From the IMG/VR virus record IMGVR_UViG_3300047510_002627, positions 56,752 through 120,751 of that record: DNA of 64,000 nucleotides. One strand, given 5' to 3'. A program made the translations under genes and the position numbers. Position 1 is the stretch's first letter, and every line of letters begins with the position of its first letter. Origin of the DNA: a virus. Shown here in pieces: positions 25,886 to 35,646 of the stretch. Under the pieces are notes generated by a model, which saw only the letters and a program-made list of their open reading frames with translations, searched no databases and was not told the DNA's origin.

Positions 25886-28699
25886 ATGTCATCAAATATT
25901 GCAAAAAATCTTTATGAGGCTTATCTCACTGAGATGGAACCTCAATTAGGTAAAAAACAAGAAGGTGGTGAAGGTGGTAGTGCGGCAGCATCACCTGATG
26001 AAGCATCTGCAAAAAGAATCAGGCAAGCTGTATACGATATTAGATATCGTGCGAGAAGAGAAGATATTGATGTAAGTCAAGCATATTCTCAGTATATGGC
26101 AAATACATCCATGGCAGCAAATGAAAAGTCTGCTGTAAGAGACAAACTTGGTCTTGGTCCTGGTGGACAAGCAGAAGGTTTTGAAATGGATGAAGACGCA
26201 AAAGCAGGAGAACACTATCTTCGTGTTACTCCACAACGAGGAACTGGAGAAAAGGAATACGTAAGAAAATTTGATCCTCAAAACCCATCTCATCGTGCTA
26301 AGAGACATTCTTTGGAAAAAAGAGGAATCAAAGCAACTGTAACTAAGCATGGAAATCCTTACGATCAGGATCACTCAGGTGCTGGCGAAAAGTATGAGAA
26401 GAAGTATGGTCCAGCAACTGGAAAGAATACTGTAGGTGATAAGGATAAGGATGGTACTGTAGAACCAGACGGTCATGAGTATGCTGGCGTAAAGGATAAT
26501 GCCATTAAAAAGGCGACAGCAAAGAAAGGAGTTAAAAAGGAATCATATTCTTCTTGGAGAGAAGAGATTCGTGAAGTAGTTGAGAAGGCAAATGCCATCA
26601 AAGAAAAGGATCAGCAAATTAAAGAAAAGGCAATAAAAAATAATATAGTTGTAAATCCAGATGTTCCCATTAAAGAATTTGCACATAATCTTGGTGGAGA
26701 ACTTGTAGAATCCGTTGATCTCGGTGAAGATTTTGAAGAACTGATTGCCGATTATGCAACTGAATATTTCTTCCTTGAAGGACTTAATGAAAACGGAATT
26801 GATATTCTTATTGAAGATCTCGGTGTCGATGAATTTGTTGATTATGTTTTTGATCTTTTTGAAGAGTTTGAAGAAGAAATTCTCACCGAAGCAAGAAGAA
26901 GCGGACGTATTGAACCAGTTACTAAAACTGGGAAAGATGTTGGATCACTGAAGGGTGGTGCAAAAACAGCAGCAATTAAGCGTCTTCGTGCTGAAAAGCA
27001 AAGTAGAAGAGATACAGAAGCAGCAGCATCTGCTGAAAGACCATCTAAATTGACTTCATCTCTCAAGAGTCAGTCTGAAAGAGCAAAGGTTGCTAAAGGA
27101 TTGAAGAAGGCATCAACTGAAAAGAAAGTTGAAAAGGCAAAAGAAACACAAGCACCCGCTGCAAATAAATCCTCTGAGGGGACTAAGAAAGAAGTCAAGA
27201 AGGGAATTCTTGGTGCAATCAAAGATAGAGCAGCAAGAGATACTGAACTTCTGAAGCAGTCATGGAAAACTGCTAGGGATGCTGGTAAATCGGCAGAGAA
27301 AAGAGTAGCAAGTGCTGCTGGAACTGCTGCAGGAGTTGCTGTCGGTGCCGCTAAAGCAGTTCATCGTGCTGGACAAGAAGCGGGCAAGAGTGAGGCGGGA
27401 CAAAAGGTTAAGGCAACCCTTGCCAAGGCAGGTAAAGCTGCTGTTGCTGGTGCTTCTGCTGGTGCTAGAAGTGGAGAAAATAATACTGCCGCAGGTAGAG
27501 CAGGTCGTGCTGTCGGAACTTTCGTCAAAAAAATGAAAGAAGATTATGAACTTTGGGTCGAAGAATTGATTGATGAGGGGTATGATGTTTGGGAATACTC
27601 TGAAGATTATCTGATTGAAACGTATCTCCCAGAAGATCTCGATGAGGGACTTGGAAGTGCTTTAAAAGGAATTCTTTCCCCTAAACCATCCGAAAGACAA
27701 AAACTTGCCAAAGAAAGATTAGCAAAACATGCTGAGGCAATGAGAACTGGGGGAACTTCTCCTTATTCACCTCAAAGAAAAACATCATCCACTCCTATTA
27801 AAAAACCAAATACTACAGAAAGAGATCCCTGGTCTGGTGATCCAGAAACTGATAAAGCATGGGCAAAGGGTAAATCGGCATCTAAACCTTATGCATATAA
27901 GGGAACTCATGAAGAATTTGAAGAGTGGTTGGAAGGAATTCTTGAAGAAGGAATTGAATTGGATGAAAATATGCTCTTCTTACTTTATGAATCAACACTA
28001 ACTAATGAAATGATGATGATCGCAGAATCATCTCATGTCAAGAAAGATGGTGTTGATGATAATGGAAATACTTCATGCTGGAAGGGGTATGTAAAAAAAG
28101 GTACTAAAATTAAAGGTGGTAAGGAAGTTAATAACTGCGTAAAGGCAGAAGATACTAAACTTGATAATATTATTGCTCAAATTAGAGGATCTCAACAAGT
28201 TGATGAGGCAGCACCAGCATTGGCTGCTGCGGGTAGATTGGCAATGAGAGCATTGACTTCAAAAACAGCACAAAAGGCTGCCAAGAAGGTTGGAAAGGCA
28301 GCAGTTAAAGGTGCTGCCGCTGGTGCTGCAGAAAGAGCGGGTGAAGTTGCTTATGATACTACAAGGAACATTGGGAAAAAAAACACTGAATGTGAAGAAT
28401 ACGTCAGTGAATTAAATCGTTATGAAAAGGAAACTGGCACATCTTCTGGTTCTCTTAATATGAGGAAAGGCAAACCAACTCAAAAAGGTGGAGATTCTGA
28501 TCCAGTAATGAGATTAGTTAGACAATCCATGCGTAAGCAATCGGGTAAACCTGTTGGTCAGCAGAAAAAGCAAAAAGGCAAGAAACCACCAGCAGCGGGT
28601 GAATACGGATCTGAAAGAAGATCTCCAGCACAAATAGTTGCAAATCGTCGTGCTGCTGCTCAAAGATCACAAGACTCAATGTCATCAAGATTTGACTAA
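25886..28699 (+). CDS. Large low-complexity protein (alternating acidic and Lys/Ala-rich blocks), putative internal/core protein
   Basis: 937 aa; late promoter; RQAVYDIRYRARRE and CWKGY motifs; several xxE|A/G sites. Confidence 0.7.
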   Translation: MSSNIAKNLYEAYLTEMEPQLGKKQEGGEGGSAAASPDEASAKRIRQAVYDIRYRARREDIDVSQAYSQYMANTSMAANEKSAVRDKLGLGPGGQAEGFEMDEDAKAGEHYLRVTPQRGTGEKEYVRKFDPQNPSHRAKRHSLEKRGIKATVTKHGNPYDQDHSGAGEKYEKKYGPATGKNTVGDKDKDGTVEPDGHEYAGVKDNAIKKATAKKGVKKESYSSWREEIREVVEKANAIKEKDQQIKEKAIKNNIVVNPDVPIKEFAHNLGGELVESVDLGEDFEELIADYATEYFFLEGLNENGIDILIEDLGVDEFVDYVFDLFEEFEEEILTEARRSGRIEPVTKTGKDVGSLKGGAKTAAIKRLRAEKQSRRDTEAAASAERPSKLTSSLKSQSERAKVAKGLKKASTEKKVEKAKETQAPAANKSSEGTKKEVKKGILGAIKDRAARDTELLKQSWKTARDAGKSAEKRVASAAGTAAGVAVGAAKAVHRAGQEAGKSEAGQKVKATLAKAGKAAVAGASAGARSGENNTAAGRAGRAVGTFVKKMKEDYELWVEELIDEGYDVWEYSEDYLIETYLPEDLDEGLGSALKGILSPKPSERQKLAKERLAKHAEAMRTGGTSPYSPQRKTSSTPIKKPNTTERDPWSGDPETDKAWAKGKSASKPYAYKGTHEEFEEWLEGILEEGIELDENMLFLLYESTLTNEMMMIAESSHVKKDGVDDNGNTSCWKGYVKKGTKIKGGKEVNNCVKAEDTKLDNIIAQIRGSQQVDEAAPALAAAGRLAMRALTSKTAQKAAKKVGKAAVKGAAAGAAERAGEVAYDTTRNIGKKNTECEEYVSELNRYEKETGTSSGSLNMRKGKPTQKGGDSDPVMRLVRQSMRKQSGKPVGQQKKQKGKKPPAAGEYGSERRSPAQIVANRRAAAQRSQDSMSSRFD

Positions 28700-28764
28700 T
28701 TTTAAAGATACTTTTTCATAAATAATCATAGTCGTAATGATTTTTTAAAAATAGGAGGTAAATC

Positions 28765-28956
28765 ATGACTCTTGCAGCAATCTGGGCTTGGATTGCAGCT
28801 AATGAAGCTGCTTTAGCAACAGTCCTGTTAATTGTTTCCGAACTCATGGGAGCAAGCACAAGATTTAAGTCTAATGGAATTGTTTCTTTTGTTCTTATTC
28901 AACTTAAGGAACTTGCTAAGAAGAAAGGTGCAGTTGATCCAACACCCAACGAGTGA
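28765..28956 (+). CDS. Small membrane protein (holin-like)
   Basis: 63 aa with hydrophobic segments; AGGAGG RBS; ATAAATA upstream. Confidence 0.6.
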   Translation: MTLAAIWAWIAANEAALATVLLIVSELMGASTRFKSNGIVSFVLIQLKELAKKKGAVDPTPNE

Positions 28957-28985
28957 TTGGGCATATAAATAAAATACATTTTGAT

Positions 28986-29025
28986 GGGGAGATATAAAAA
29001 TTAAACTCCCCTTTTTTTATAAATA
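28986..29025 (+). terminator. Terminator followed by late promoter TATAAATA
   Basis: GGGGAG..CTCCCC+T7, then TATAAATA at 29018-29025. Confidence 0.65.
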
Positions 29026-29059
29026 TCTTTATAGATCCTAAAATTACGGAAGAAGAAAC

Positions 29060-29845
29060 ATGGCACTCTGGGGTAATAATGATAATGTAACGTCAGCAGG
29101 TATTGTAACTTGCGACTATACGACTACCGATTCTAATGGTAATGTTATCGTAAATGGTTGGTTAACTAATTTTGGTGCGGTTGGGTCAGCAAAAACTGGA
29201 GATGTAATTCGATTTGGTAGAGGAGATGCTACATACATTGGAGATGCTGTAATTGTTTCTATTGCGGGAACCCAGCAACTTTCAATTGCATCCACTACAG
29301 GACTCAGTGGTGCTGCTATTGCTGGTGCTAATTTTACAATTAGTGAATTACCAAAATACACTATATTAGATTCTACTTATAGTAATGCACTGGATACATC
29401 AACTACCCTTAAGGATTTTGGTGTAACTGGAACTGCAACAACTAATTCTCCTGTTGGTTACAGTACTGTTTATGTAGTAACTACAGGTAAAGATATTGTT
29501 ATTGGTGATACTTTATTGAATGATGGAAATGATATCGCAATCATTACTATCAACGCTACAAATGTTGTACTTGGATCAACAATCTCTGCTGGCATTTCTA
29601 CAGGAGACTCTCTTTCATTCAAGAGATATACTGGGGGATATGAGAAAAATGTTTACGGTGTTGCTGGAGCTGGAGTCACAGCATCACATGCAACCAAGTA
29701 TGAATTGTCTCATGCCGGATGGGTTGGAGTAACTACATATGTAGATTGCCATGGAGAATATAGAGTTAAGACTGAAGTACTGGTAGCAATGTCTGGAATT
29801 ACAACAGGCAACGCCCCACTTTACGATGCAAATCCACTTGTATAA
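29060..29845 (+). CDS. Putative virion structural protein
   Basis: MALWGNND start and HAGWVG...RVKTEVLVAMS end, typical of cyanomyovirus structural proteins; late promoter. Confidence 0.7.
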   Translation: MALWGNNDNVTSAGIVTCDYTTTDSNGNVIVNGWLTNFGAVGSAKTGDVIRFGRGDATYIGDAVIVSIAGTQQLSIASTTGLSGAAIAGANFTISELPKYTILDSTYSNALDTSTTLKDFGVTGTATTNSPVGYSTVYVVTTGKDIVIGDTLLNDGNDIAIITINATNVVLGSTISAGISTGDSLSFKRYTGGYEKNVYGVAGAGVTASHATKYELSHAGWVGVTTYVDCHGEYRVKTEVLVAMSGITTGNAPLYDANPLV

Positions 29846-29855
29846 TAATTGACAC

Positions 29856-30239
29856 ATGTTATTTGATGAATTGAATGAGGACAATTTTCTTTTATTCGCA
29901 ATAAAAAATTATAGAAATCCTCAAGCGGTTACTGAAGAGGATTTCTATAAGGATTTAAATCATTTTAAATATATTAAACGCCTTTTAAAAAGGTATAAAA
30001 AGGATGGCGAATTGAGATGCAATCTTCTCATTATTCATTTTATAATTCTTTATAATATTTTTGGTGATGCTGCAACACCGATGTTATTCTACAAGGTTGA
30101 AGATGAATTGTGGTCTTGTGTAAAAACATTTATAGTATTTTTAAATAAATTGCCACCAGAACCTAAATGCCACCTACATAATATCCCATTTGATGTTGAA
30201 TGCCTTAAACAATTAGGAGAATTATCAAAAGAAAAATGA
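29856..30239 (+). CDS. Conserved T4-like hypothetical protein
   Basis: ELNEDNFLLFAIK.Y.NP, FKYIKRLL motifs. Confidence 0.75.
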   Translation: MLFDELNEDNFLLFAIKNYRNPQAVTEEDFYKDLNHFKYIKRLLKRYKKDGELRCNLLIIHFIILYNIFGDAATPMLFYKVEDELWSCVKTFIVFLNKLPPEPKCHLHNIPFDVECLKQLGELSKEK

Positions 30240-30439
30240 ATATTGATAAACTCATTTCCATAATAAGAGAAAATATGGTTGTTGGTGGTGGTGGATTTAC
30301 AGGATCGTCACCTGCAGAAGGACCAACTGCTGGATTTGATCCTTTGTTAGGGTTCCGAAACAAAAAAAAAGGAAATGTTGATTTTCGTAGAGTTCCTAAG
30401 GATTATAAGAGTTGGGTAAAATCTTTAAAAAATAAATAA
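30236..30439 (+). CDS. Small conserved hypothetical protein
   Basis: GGGF.G....GP.AGFDP motif. Confidence 0.65.
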   Translation: MNIDKLISIIRENMVVGGGGFTGSSPAEGPTAGFDPLLGFRNKKKGNVDFRRVPKDYKSWVKSLKNK

Positions 30440-30488
30440 TTAATAACAAAAGGATGAATGCGTGACGTATAAATTAGTGGTATGTAAA

Positions 30489-30923
30489 ATGTCACCATTC
30501 CAATTAAGAAGATCAGATCTCTCAAAATTAGATGTTTTAGAAGCAAAATTTAACATTTATGAAGATTTATCTAGACAGATGATGGATAAGTTGGAAGTCG
30601 CTGTGGATAAGATATCTGAAGCAAACAATAAGATTGCTACGATTCTTAGTAAGCATGACGAAAGAATTGATCAAACAATTAAGAATGATGAAAACTTTGC
30701 CAAACAACTTGATGAATTGAAGGAAGAGAATAAAGAAGATCATAAGGCAGTTGTAGATAGAATACAAAAATTGGAACTCAAAATAGAAGACCTTGTTAAA
30801 TTTCGTTGGATAATTGCTGGTGCAGTAGTTATTATAAGTTTTGTATTTTCTCAATCTGGTATGGTTGTTGATATTTTGACACCTGATACTCAACCAAATT
30901 ATAGAATAGAAACAAAGAAGTAA
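30489..30923 (+). CDS. Coiled-coil protein with a C-terminal transmembrane helix
   Basis: Heptad region, then KFRWIIAGAVVIISFVF. Confidence 0.7.
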   Translation: MSPFQLRRSDLSKLDVLEAKFNIYEDLSRQMMDKLEVAVDKISEANNKIATILSKHDERIDQTIKNDENFAKQLDELKEENKEDHKAVVDRIQKLELKIEDLVKFRWIIAGAVVIISFVFSQSGMVVDILTPDTQPNYRIETKK

Positions 30924-31067
30924 TAAATATTACAAGTTATGGCATTAAGATGCCAATGAAAAAAATTAAAGATAGTAAAAAAATAAATCATTATAATTTA
31001 TTGAAATTAACGAATACCATTCTTAAATGGACTTCTGAAATAACTGCAGAATGCTGTAAGAAGGCAG

Positions 31068-31096
31068 TTGACAGGGAGTCCTGAATACTGTAGGAT
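31068..31096 (+). promoter_or_regulatory. sigma70-type promoter for primase-nrdAB
   Basis: TTGACA-17-TAGGAT. Confidence 0.7.
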
Positions 31097-31118
31097 GTGA
31101 CCCTACCCGAGGTTTGTC

Positions 31119-32087
31119 ATGGATCACGTTGATGCAAAATACATCATGCTCTTAAGTTCTCGCTTAGAAAAATTTAAGAAAATAAAAGTAGATACATATA
31201 ATTTCCGTTGTCCAATATGTGGAGACTCTAAAAAAAATAGGACAAAGACTAGAGGTTATCTATACGGCATTAAAAATAATACTAATTATAAGTGCCACAA
31301 TTGTGGTGTAAGTATGTCTTTTAATAATTTTTTGAAAGACTTAGATGTAAATCTTCACAAAGAATATGTTTTTGAAAAATATAAGAAAGGAGTAACTGGT
31401 AAAAATTTCCAAACTGAAGATCCAAAGTTTGAATTTAAGAAACCAGTTTTTGATAAAAAAATAGACTTGCCAAGAGCAGTAGAAAATGAAAAGTCTAAAA
31501 ATTATCTTGAAAGTAGAAATTTAAACCCTTATAAATTTTATTATACCCCCAATTTTAAAAAGTGGACTAATTCTCTCCAACAAACTTTTGATAATACAAA
31601 TTATGATGAAGAGAGAATTGTAATACCGCTTTTTTATAAACGAAACTTAATTGGATTTCAGGGGAGAGCTATCGGTCCAAGTCAGGTAAAATATATTACC
31701 ATTATGCTGGACGAAGATGCACCAAAAATTTACGGACTCGATGAAGTAAATTCGGATGAAACAATTTACATTACTGAAGGGCCTTTCGACTCAACCTTTA
31801 TTAAAAACTCTATTGCTATGTGTGGGGCCGATATTGATATTAGCTCGTTTGGTTGGGGCAGTGTTGTTTACATTTATGATAACGAACCACGCAATCGAGA
31901 AATCGTCAACAGAATCTCCAAAACAATCGATAGAGGTGACAAAGTAGTGATATGGGGATCTGATGTTGGTGAAAAGGATCTTAATGATATGATTCTTGCT
32001 GGACGAGACGTTCAAAATATGGTAGAATGTAGTACCTACCAAGGACTAGAAGCAAAACTTAAGTTTATTAACTGGAAAAAAGTATGA
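31119..32087 (+). CDS. gp61: DNA primase gp61
   Basis: CPICGDS...CHNC zinc finger; EGPFDS, YDNEPRN, KDLNDM TOPRIM motifs. Confidence 0.96.
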   Translation: MDHVDAKYIMLLSSRLEKFKKIKVDTYNFRCPICGDSKKNRTKTRGYLYGIKNNTNYKCHNCGVSMSFNNFLKDLDVNLHKEYVFEKYKKGVTGKNFQTEDPKFEFKKPVFDKKIDLPRAVENEKSKNYLESRNLNPYKFYYTPNFKKWTNSLQQTFDNTNYDEERIVIPLFYKRNLIGFQGRAIGPSQVKYITIMLDEDAPKIYGLDEVNSDETIYITEGPFDSTFIKNSIAMCGADIDISSFGWGSVVYIYDNEPRNREIVNRISKTIDRGDKVVIWGSDVGEKDLNDMILAGRDVQNMVECSTYQGLEAKLKFINWKKV

Positions 32088-34381
32088 GTAACGGAACGAG
32101 TGTTGTCAAGAGAAATGGACGAATTGAATCTCTTGATTTGGATAAAATGCATCTTATGGTAGATGAAGCAACCAAGAATCTTGCTGGAGTATCTGCAAGT
32201 CAAGTTGAAATGAAATCTGGCATTCAATTTTATGATGGAATCACCACACAAGAAATTCAAGAAATTTTGATTCGTAGTGCTAGTGATCTAATTGATTTGG
32301 ATCATCCAAATTACCAATATGTTGCTGCTAGACTTCTTTTGTTTTCTATTCGTAAACAATTATATGGAAAGATGAGAGAACTTCCTCATCTTGAAGAACA
32401 TATTTTTAATTGTGCTTCTAAGAATCTTTATGATTCTGAAATTTTTGATAAGTATTCAAAAGAAGAAATTGAAAAGGCAAATAGTTTCATTGATCATGAT
32501 CGTGACTATTTGTTTACTTATGCTGGTCTTCGTCAGGTAGTAGATAAATATTTGGTTCAGGATAGAAGCACTGGTGGAGTCTATGAAACTCCACAATATA
32601 TGTACATCATGGTTGCTTTGACTATGTTTGCTAATTATCCTAAGGATAAACGAATGTCATATGTTAAGAGGTATTATGACGCGATCTCAAAGCACAAAAT
32701 CAACATTCCTACACCAATCATGGCAGGTGTTAGAACCCCACTTCGCCAATTTGCAAGTTGCGTTCTTGTTGATGTTGATGACACCCTTGACAGCATTTTC
32801 ACTTCTGACATGGCAATTGGTCGCTATGTTGCTCAAAGAGCAGGAATTGGTATCAACGCAGGTCGAATCAGGGGCATCAACAGTAAGATCCGAGGTGGAG
32901 AAGTTCAACACACTGGTGTTGTCCCTTTCCTCAAAAAGTTTGAAGCAACTGTCCGATGCTGCACTCAAAATGGCATCCGTGGCGGATCAGCAACTGTCCA
33001 CTTTCCAATCTGGCACCAAGAAATAGAAGACATTCTGGTGCTTAAAAATAATAAAGGTACTGAAGATAATCGTGTTCGTAAACTTGACTATTCTATCCAA
33101 ATTACAAAAATCTTTTACCAAAGGTTTATTGAGGGGGGTGACATCACACTTTTCTCCCCACACGATGTACCTGGATTATATGATTCTTTTGGGACGGATA
33201 GATTTGATGATTTATACGTTTCGTATGAAAAAGATCCCTCTATTAAAAAGAAAACTATTTCTGCTCAAGAATTAATTTTTTCTCTTCTTAAGGAACGTGC
33301 AGAAACGGGTCGAATTTATATTATGAATTTGGATCATTGTAATTCTCATAGTTCCTTTAAGGATAAGATTGAGATGAGTAATCTCTGCCAAGAAATCACT
33401 CTTCCAACTTTCCCTCTGCAACACATTGATGAAGAACATGGTGAAATTGCACTTTGTATTCTCTCCGCAATTAATGTTGGCAAAGTAAAGTCGGATGAGG
33501 AACTTGAAGAACTTTGTGATCTTTCTGTTCGTGGATTAGAAGAATTGATTGACTATCAAGACTATCCAGTTAAAGCAGCAGAGATCGCTACAAAGGCACG
33601 GAGATCGCTTGGAGTGGGGTTCATTGGACTTGCTCACTATCTTGCTAAACTTGGATTCAATTATGATTCTCAGGAGGCATGGGACGCAGTTCACGGTCTT
33701 TCAGAATCTTTCCAATATTATCTTCTGAAGGCATCTAATCAAATTGCAAAAGAAAAGGGTCATTGTGAATACTTTGGACGTACTAAGTATTCTGATGGTA
33801 TTCTCCCAATCGACACCTATAAAAAAGATGTAGACGAAATTTCTTCTATTAAATTACAACATGATTGGGAATCTCTTAGGGTATCTATCTTGGAACACGG
33901 TCTTAGGCACTCAACATTGTCCGCACAGATGCCATCGGAGAGCAGTTCCGTTGTGTCAAATGCAACCAATGGAATCGAACCGCCTAGAGATTACTTGTCC
34001 ATTAAAAAATCGAAGAAAGGTCCACTTGTTCAAATTGTTCCACAATATTCGTCCCTTAAAAACCATTATACTCTTCTTTGGGATATGGAGTCTAACCGTG
34101 GTTATATTAATGTTGTTGCTGTGATGCAAAAATTCTTTGATCAGGCAATTAGTGGTAATTGGAGTTATAATCCAAGAAATTATGCGAACAACGAAATTCC
34201 AATTTCCGTGATGGCACAAGACTTTTTAAGTACTTATAAATTTGGATGGAAGACTAGTTACTATCAAAATACTTATGATATGAAATCTGATGAAATTGAG
34301 CATAAAGAAGATACTTTGAGTTCACTTTTAGATGAAATTATGGCCTCCGAAGAAGAGGATTGTGAGAGTTGCAAAATTTAA
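32084..34381 (+). CDS. nrdA: Class Ia ribonucleotide reductase alpha subunit
   Basis: ATP cone (VVKRNG), ASCVL, SNLCQEI, KTSYY, C-terminal CESC. Confidence 0.98.
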   Translation: MSNGTSVVKRNGRIESLDLDKMHLMVDEATKNLAGVSASQVEMKSGIQFYDGITTQEIQEILIRSASDLIDLDHPNYQYVAARLLLFSIRKQLYGKMRELPHLEEHIFNCASKNLYDSEIFDKYSKEEIEKANSFIDHDRDYLFTYAGLRQVVDKYLVQDRSTGGVYETPQYMYIMVALTMFANYPKDKRMSYVKRYYDAISKHKINIPTPIMAGVRTPLRQFASCVLVDVDDTLDSIFTSDMAIGRYVAQRAGIGINAGRIRGINSKIRGGEVQHTGVVPFLKKFEATVRCCTQNGIRGGSATVHFPIWHQEIEDILVLKNNKGTEDNRVRKLDYSIQITKIFYQRFIEGGDITLFSPHDVPGLYDSFGTDRFDDLYVSYEKDPSIKKKTISAQELIFSLLKERAETGRIYIMNLDHCNSHSSFKDKIEMSNLCQEITLPTFPLQHIDEEHGEIALCILSAINVGKVKSDEELEELCDLSVRGLEELIDYQDYPVKAAEIATKARRSLGVGFIGLAHYLAKLGFNYDSQEAWDAVHGLSESFQYYLLKASNQIAKEKGHCEYFGRTKYSDGILPIDTYKKDVDEISSIKLQHDWESLRVSILEHGLRHSTLSAQMPSESSSVVSNATNGIEPPRDYLSIKKSKKGPLVQIVPQYSSLKNHYTLLWDMESNRGYINVVAVMQKFFDQAISGNWSYNPRNYANNEIPISVMAQDFLSTYKFGWKTSYYQNTYDMKSDEIEHKEDTLSSLLDEIMASEEEDCESCKI

Positions 34382-34404
34382 GTAGTAAACCCAACGATAA
34401 GCAA

Positions 34405-35586
34405 ATGCAATACAATTTTAAAGTTTCCGAAGAATCTTCAACCAGTATCCAAGGAATGACTGTTTTTAATACAAACGTTGTTGATACCAAAAAGCAGCAC
34501 ATGTTCTTTGGTCAACCACTTGGGATACAAAGATATGATACATTTAAATATCCAGTATTTGATAAACTGACAACTCAACAACTTGGGTTTTATTGGAGGC
34601 CTGAAGAAGTTTCATTGCAAAAAGACCGTGGAGATTATCAAACGCTTCGCCCAGAACAAAAGCATATCTATACAAGCAACCTCAAGTATCAGATTATGCT
34701 TGACTCCGTACAAGGCCGTGGTCCTGGGATGGCTTTTATGCCATACTGTTCACTACCTGAACTTGAATCTTGTATGAACATTTGGCAAACTATGGAAATG
34801 ATTCATAGTCGCTCCTACACATACATCATCAAGAATGTATATTCAGATCCTTCTGAAGTCTTGGACAAAATTGTAACCGATGACAAGATTCTTGAGAGGG
34901 CAAAAAGTGTTACTGAATCTTATGATGATTTTATTAATTCTGCACAACACTATGGAAATTCAAATGATTGGAAACACGCTCTTGAAGGAGTTCATTATGC
35001 AAAACTTTCTTTGAATGATGTTAAACGAAAACTTTATCGAGCAGTTGCAAACGTCAATATCCTTGAAGGTATTCGTTTTTATGTTTCTTTTGCTTGCTCC
35101 TTTGCTTTTGGTGAACTGAAACTTATGGAAGGATCTGCTAAGATTATTTCCTTGATTGCAAGAGACGAAAATCAACATCTTGCAATCACTCAAAATATTT
35201 TGAATAAGTGGAGAGAAGGTGATGATCCAGAAATGAAACAAATTGCTAAAGAAGAAGAAGAATGGGTTTACACTATGTTTAAACGTGCTGTAGATGAAGA
35301 AAAGAAATGGGCAGATTATTTGTTTAAAGATGGTAGTATGATTGGACTAAATGATAAACTACTTCAACAATATGTTGAATGGATTGCAAATCGTAGAATT
35401 AAGGCAATAGGATTAAAACCAATCTATGATATTGCCGCAAATAATAATCCACTTCCTTGGACTCAACATTGGATTTCATCTAAAGGACTTCAGGTTGCAC
35501 CACAAGAAACTGAAGTTGAATCATATGTAATTGGAGGAATTAAGCAGGATGTTGGTAAAGATACTTTTAGTGGATTTAAACTTTAA
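34405..35586 (+). CDS. nrdB: Class Ia ribonucleotide reductase beta subunit
   Basis: WRPEE, E..HSRSY, LEGIRFY.SF, RDEN.H, VAPQE.E. Confidence 0.97.
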   Translation: MQYNFKVSEESSTSIQGMTVFNTNVVDTKKQHMFFGQPLGIQRYDTFKYPVFDKLTTQQLGFYWRPEEVSLQKDRGDYQTLRPEQKHIYTSNLKYQIMLDSVQGRGPGMAFMPYCSLPELESCMNIWQTMEMIHSRSYTYIIKNVYSDPSEVLDKIVTDDKILERAKSVTESYDDFINSAQHYGNSNDWKHALEGVHYAKLSLNDVKRKLYRAVANVNILEGIRFYVSFACSFAFGELKLMEGSAKIISLIARDENQHLAITQNILNKWREGDDPEMKQIAKEEEEWVYTMFKRAVDEEKKWADYLFKDGSMIGLNDKLLQQYVEWIANRRIKAIGLKPIYDIAANNNPLPWTQHWISSKGLQVAPQETEVESYVIGGIKQDVGKDTFSGFKL

Positions 35587-35591
35587 TTTTT

Positions 35592-35622
35592 AGAGGGGTA
35601 ACACCCTCTTTTTTTATAAATA
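35592..35622 (+). terminator. Terminator after nrdB followed by a late promoter
   Basis: AGAGGG-GTAACA-CCCTCT+T-run; TATAAATA at 35615-35622. Confidence 0.7.
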
Positions 35623-35646
35623 TTTGTATTCTTAGAAACTAGTGTC

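Noticed and set aside
32084-35586. Introns or inteins in nrdA/nrdB (also checked gp43 and gp41)
   Set aside because: The ORFs are continuous and of normal length.
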